This document shows, piece by piece, positions 60,282-64,000 of a stretch of DNA of 64,000 nt. Source of the DNA: Macrostomum lignano (lineage: Eukaryota). The translations under genes were made by a program, and so were the position numbers. Where the stretch lies: assembly GCA_002269645.1 (NCBI GenBank), contig NIVC01002560.1, forward strand, positions 97,635 to 161,634. Direction: 5' to 3'. Numbering within the stretch: the stretch's first letter is position 1; each line of letters starts with the position of its first letter. A model generated the notes under the pieces. The model saw nothing but the letters and a program-made list of their open reading frames with translations, did no database searches and was not told the origin of the DNA.

Positions 60282-61397
60282 TAGGGTATTGAGTATATAA
60301 AATTCCGAGTTTTGCCAGTCCCAGGATTCTTGGGATCGGGATATGCCGGACTTTGCCAATTCCATGATCCTGGGAACTAATCTTTATTAGCGAAAATTTG
60401 GTTTACAAAGCCATCTAATCTGATCTAATCTAATCTGAAAAGGCTAAATGAAAGTATAACAAAATATGCCTAAACTATTTTGCAAACATGAAACTGACAG
60501 TGAACTCTGAAGTGGAGTGTGATGTAAGGGCTAGAATAATAGATTTGCTTTTTATGTGCTAGTATCCACTCAGGAAAATCACACTGATTATAATATAGCC
60601 TGGGGAATTAATTACAGCTTATAGCAGAGCTATGGCATGATTATTAATATCAAGGTAGAAGAGGATCAGACCTCTCTCACCCTAGATAGAGAATTGGTAG
60701 CTTAGATTTTTGTCTAATAACAATTTTCTATTGTTCTAACCCCAATTATAGCCAAGGAGTTTAAAAAAAGATAATTATTGCTTAAAGTAGTTCTATTAAT
60801 CTAAAGGGTGCTAAAAATGAGGTCTTTTGCAAAGGGGGCTTTTGATCTGCATAAGATTGAGACCATTGATTTTAGCTAGTTTTGAATCAATTAAAATAAA
60901 AGAAGAGTTCAAATTAATAATGATTTTAGTCTTGATTGGTAATAATGAGAGATTGGCTATAATTTCTTAATTGTCTGTGCTCATTGCACAGTTTTTAGAA
61001 TAATATTTTTTTAGTTTGCTGGTATCATATTTAATATGGTACCATATATCATACTATAAAAACCATACATTAGCATACATTAATTTATAACACATATATC
61101 ATTACAACATTATATTTTATATCTTATAATCTGCTAATTATAGCTTTTGTTTTGTAGTCTTGCAGCCCTAGTTTCTACTCACTAGCCTGCAATCTGCATG
61201 CTTAAAAGATAAATAAATCAAAAAAGGAGAAGAGTGTTATTATTTTCACCTAATAAGTACCTTAGCTGCAAATACTACTACTTGAAAATGAATTATTGAA
61301 TTATTAAAAGACAGGATTGGGATCCCAATGGTCAATCCTAGGATTTCGAATCCTAAGATTTTGGCTTAATTCCAGGATCCTAGAATTGTATTCCCTA
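60282..61397. mobile_element. Old, decayed hAT-like element related to 16926-17474
   Basis: TAGGG...CCCTA ends with GGGATCC-like subterminal motifs at both ends; no TSD recognisable. Confidence 0.4.
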
Positions 61398-61860
61398 GTT
61401 TGTATAGGTAGCTTTATTATCTTTAGGTGCTTTTTAATTGTCATGAGTTACCTATAACTAGCTATTTTTTTATTAAATTATTGTGAATTTCTAAAAATAT
61501 ATGATACCTATGCCTCTGGCAACATAGATTAGTAGCTTAATAAATGCAAAGAAGTTATTAGTTTGCTTATTGTATATTAGAAAAAATTATAGAGGAATAT
61601 TAAGTACATTTAAGTGTCTGAAACTTTTCTAGATGGCTTAGTTCTTGTAAGTTATCCTATCAGAGATGTAACTTATATTTCCTTTACCAAGCTAATAATT
61701 AAACCCTTGAACAATTTCCATTTTTAATAGGATATTATCTATTTAGGAATACATACATTAATGCTAAAAAGCAAAATTCATATAAACTTCAGGATGTTAT
61801 ACTGCACCTTCAGAATCTTTAGAGCTGCCGATAGCTGATATTAACAAGCAGATAGTTTCA

Positions 61861-64000
61861 ATGACATCTGTGTCAGAAGGCTCGCAGCAGGTCACTCAGC
61901 CAAAATTTGGCAAGAACTTGTTTAAAAGCCGCATCATCGGCTCTGGGGCGCAGGTGGAGGCACCCAGGAAACTCGCCCAGCCTCCGGCCTGTCTCCGGAG
62001 GACTATGACTACAACCCCTTCTACATTGGCAATCAGGCCGCGGGCAGCGAGCAGCCGCCGCCTCAGCCGCCTTCGCCATCGTCTGCGACGACTTCAACCC
62101 GTTCTACACACCGCCCGCGGCCATGGCCAGGCCAAGCCGGCCATTGACAAGGCCAGTCGCCGGAGCATGATCAACGAGATGCTTGAGGAGATGCAGCGCC
62201 TGTCCGCATCACGAGTGCGCCACCAACTTCTTCAGCTGCGTTCGGCTGAGCTGACCACGGCGGGCGCGTCCTTTGGCTGCGGTGGCAGCGGCGGCGCTGG
62301 CGAGAGTCGCTCACACGAGCCCGACTTCGCCACCTTTTCTGTGAAGGTCGGCAACGACAGCGGCGGCGCAGCAGCGTCAGCAGCGCGTCAGCGCGGCCTC
62401 AGTGCGCACCGCCTGCGGCAGCGACAAGCCAATGAACTACGGGATTGACTCGGTCTCCTCTGGTGGCGCGCGTTGGCGGCACCGCCTGCGGCAGCGACGA
62501 GCCAATGAACATGGCTGCTGGGTCTCCGTCGGCGGAGGCTGCCAGCGTCGGTGGCGACTTTCAAGACAATGACGCCGGATTTGCGACCTTCTCTGTAAAG
62601 GCCGGTGACGACGCTGGCAGCAGGAACGCCGTCAGCGGCACCTCCTGTGACAGCGACGAGCCAATGTCGAAGGCGGTGTCAAGCGCGGCATGCGGCGGTG
62701 ACGAACCCATCGGCAGCGCGACGTCGGCGGGCGGGGTTTGGCAGCCAAGCGAGCGAAGCTGCCATCCGGGTGGAGACGAAGCTTCTGAAGTTCCTGAATG
62801 ACCGATGGTGACCGAATTTCGCTTCGAGGGCCGGATGCAGCCAGCCGACCGTCGGGCAGTGCGGTGGTTCGCCAAGGAGCGCGGCCTGTTCTTCAAGGAG
62901 GTCGCCTTGCGGAGCCACGAGCGCGCCTACGTTGTCAGGAAGCCCTACGCCATGGCGAAGGAGCAGCAGCGCCAGGTGAGTTGCCGCGCCTCTCCTGCCT
63001 TCTGTACCTGCCTGACCCATGAGCTGCTGTCTGATCCATCTGTGCTGCCTGATCCTTCTGCCCCTGCCTGATCCATCTGTGCTGCTGCCTGATCCTTCTG
63101 CCCCTGCCTGATCCATCTGTGCTGCCTGACCCATCTGTGCTGCCTGACCCATCTGCCCCTGCCTGACCCATCTGTGCTGCCTGACCCATCCATCTGTCCT
63201 GCCTGACCCATCTGCCCCTGCCTGACCCATCTGTGCTGCCTGACCCATCTGCCCCTGCCTGACCCATCTGTGCTGCCTGACCCATCTGCCCCTGCCTGAC
63301 CCATCTGCCCCTGCCTGACCCATCTGTGCTGCCTGACCCATCTGTGCTGTTGCTGCCTGACCCATCTGTGCTGCCTGACCCATCTGCCCCTGCCTGACCC
63401 ATCTGTGCTGCCTGACCCATCTGTGCTGCCTGACCCATCTGTGCTGCTGACCCATCTGTGCTGCGCCTGACCCATCTGCCCCTGCCTGACCCATCTGTGC
63501 TGCCTGACCCATCTGCCCCTGCCTGACCCATCTGTGCTGCCTGACCCATCTGTGCTGCCTGACCATCTGTGCTGCCTGACCCATCTGCCCCTGCCTGACC
63601 CATCTGTGCTGCCTGACCCATCTGTGCTGCCTGACCCATCTGTGCTGCCTGACCCATCTGCCCCTGCCTGACCCATCTGTGCTGCCTGACCCATCTGTGC
63701 TGCCTGATCCATCTGCCCCTGCCTGATCCATCTGCCCCAACCTGCTAAACTGCCTCTACAGCTAAAATACCTACTCAATCAATCTGCCTTTGTCTGCTCC
63801 TCGAAGGCACCGGGAGGCGCAGCGTGCCGAAGCCCGCCGACTCATCCAGGAGGCCTCTGAGCAGTCGAAGAAGGCGGCCGAGCAGCCGAGCAGCGGCAGT
63901 GACTCGGCGACCGGCGGAGGCGGCGTCAGCTGCAGCGGCTGCGCCTCCTTCGGCATAAAAGTCGGCGGCGATGGCGACTATGATGCGGCGTGGGGAGTGG
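61861..64000 (+). pseudogene. R3H-like domain gene with multiple frameshifts (pseudogene or consensus errors); continues past the window
   Basis: GC-rich coding-like sequence broken into ORFs 61861-62448, 62445-62801 and 62805 onward. Joined reading IRVETKLLKFLND-PMVTEFRFEGRMQPADRRAVRWFAKERGLFFKEVALRSHERAYVVRK resembles R3H. Repeated ATFSVK(V/A)G motif, recurring as ASFGIKVG in exon 63807-64000. Donor GTGAGT at 62976. Confidence 0.55.
62995..63740. repeat. 18/19-bp minisatellite (CTGACCCATCTGTGCTGC / CTGACCCATCTGCCCCTGC) filling the intron
   Basis: Read directly; source of the GSGSTD/MGQAAQ repeat ORFs. Confidence 0.95.

Noticed and set aside
62679-63778. GSGSTD / MGQAAQ repeat ORFs resembling ice-nucleation or silk proteins
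   Set aside because: Antisense read-through of an intronic 18/19-bp minisatellite.

Overview
Eukaryotic (animal) genomic DNA: GC-rich spliced exons separated by AT-rich spacers and introns packed with minisatellite arrays. This style and the TTAGGG repeats suggest a free-living flatworm such as Macrostomum (inference, not verifiable here). Gene models were built by hand from splice sites and phases. Minus strand: a Ly6/uPAR three-finger GPI-anchored protein (2370-6375), an unidentified coiled-coil gene (9190-10479), AAMP (12112-15711) and ACADL (36640-49009). Plus strand: a LEM-domain membrane protein (20103-21099), LAMTOR3 (24907-29949), a divergent nuclear receptor whose LBD exon is interrupted by a transposon (32182-35926), a class A GPCR nested antisense in an ACADL intron (42293-45240) and a frameshift-riddled R3H-like gene running off the window end (61861-64000). 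Mobile DNA: two CCC-terminal elements with 2-bp TSDs (CMC/EnSpm-like), hAT-like and other MITEs with TSDs, a Crypton-type tyrosine-recombinase ORF, a CORE-type SINE and tRNA-like SINE heads. Most notable: the transposon-interrupted nuclear receptor with a non-canonical P-box (CHACKS); ACADL>GPCR>Crypton nesting; a small intronless gene with a full promoter inside another ACADL intron; strongly asymmetric CpG decay between the two TIRs of one MITE; a dispersed minisatellite family in 3' UTRs and introns; a duplicated hairpin element sitting on an in-frame UGA; and a possible trans-spliced operon layout. Most long ORFs in the supplied track are read-through of tandem repeats and were rejected.
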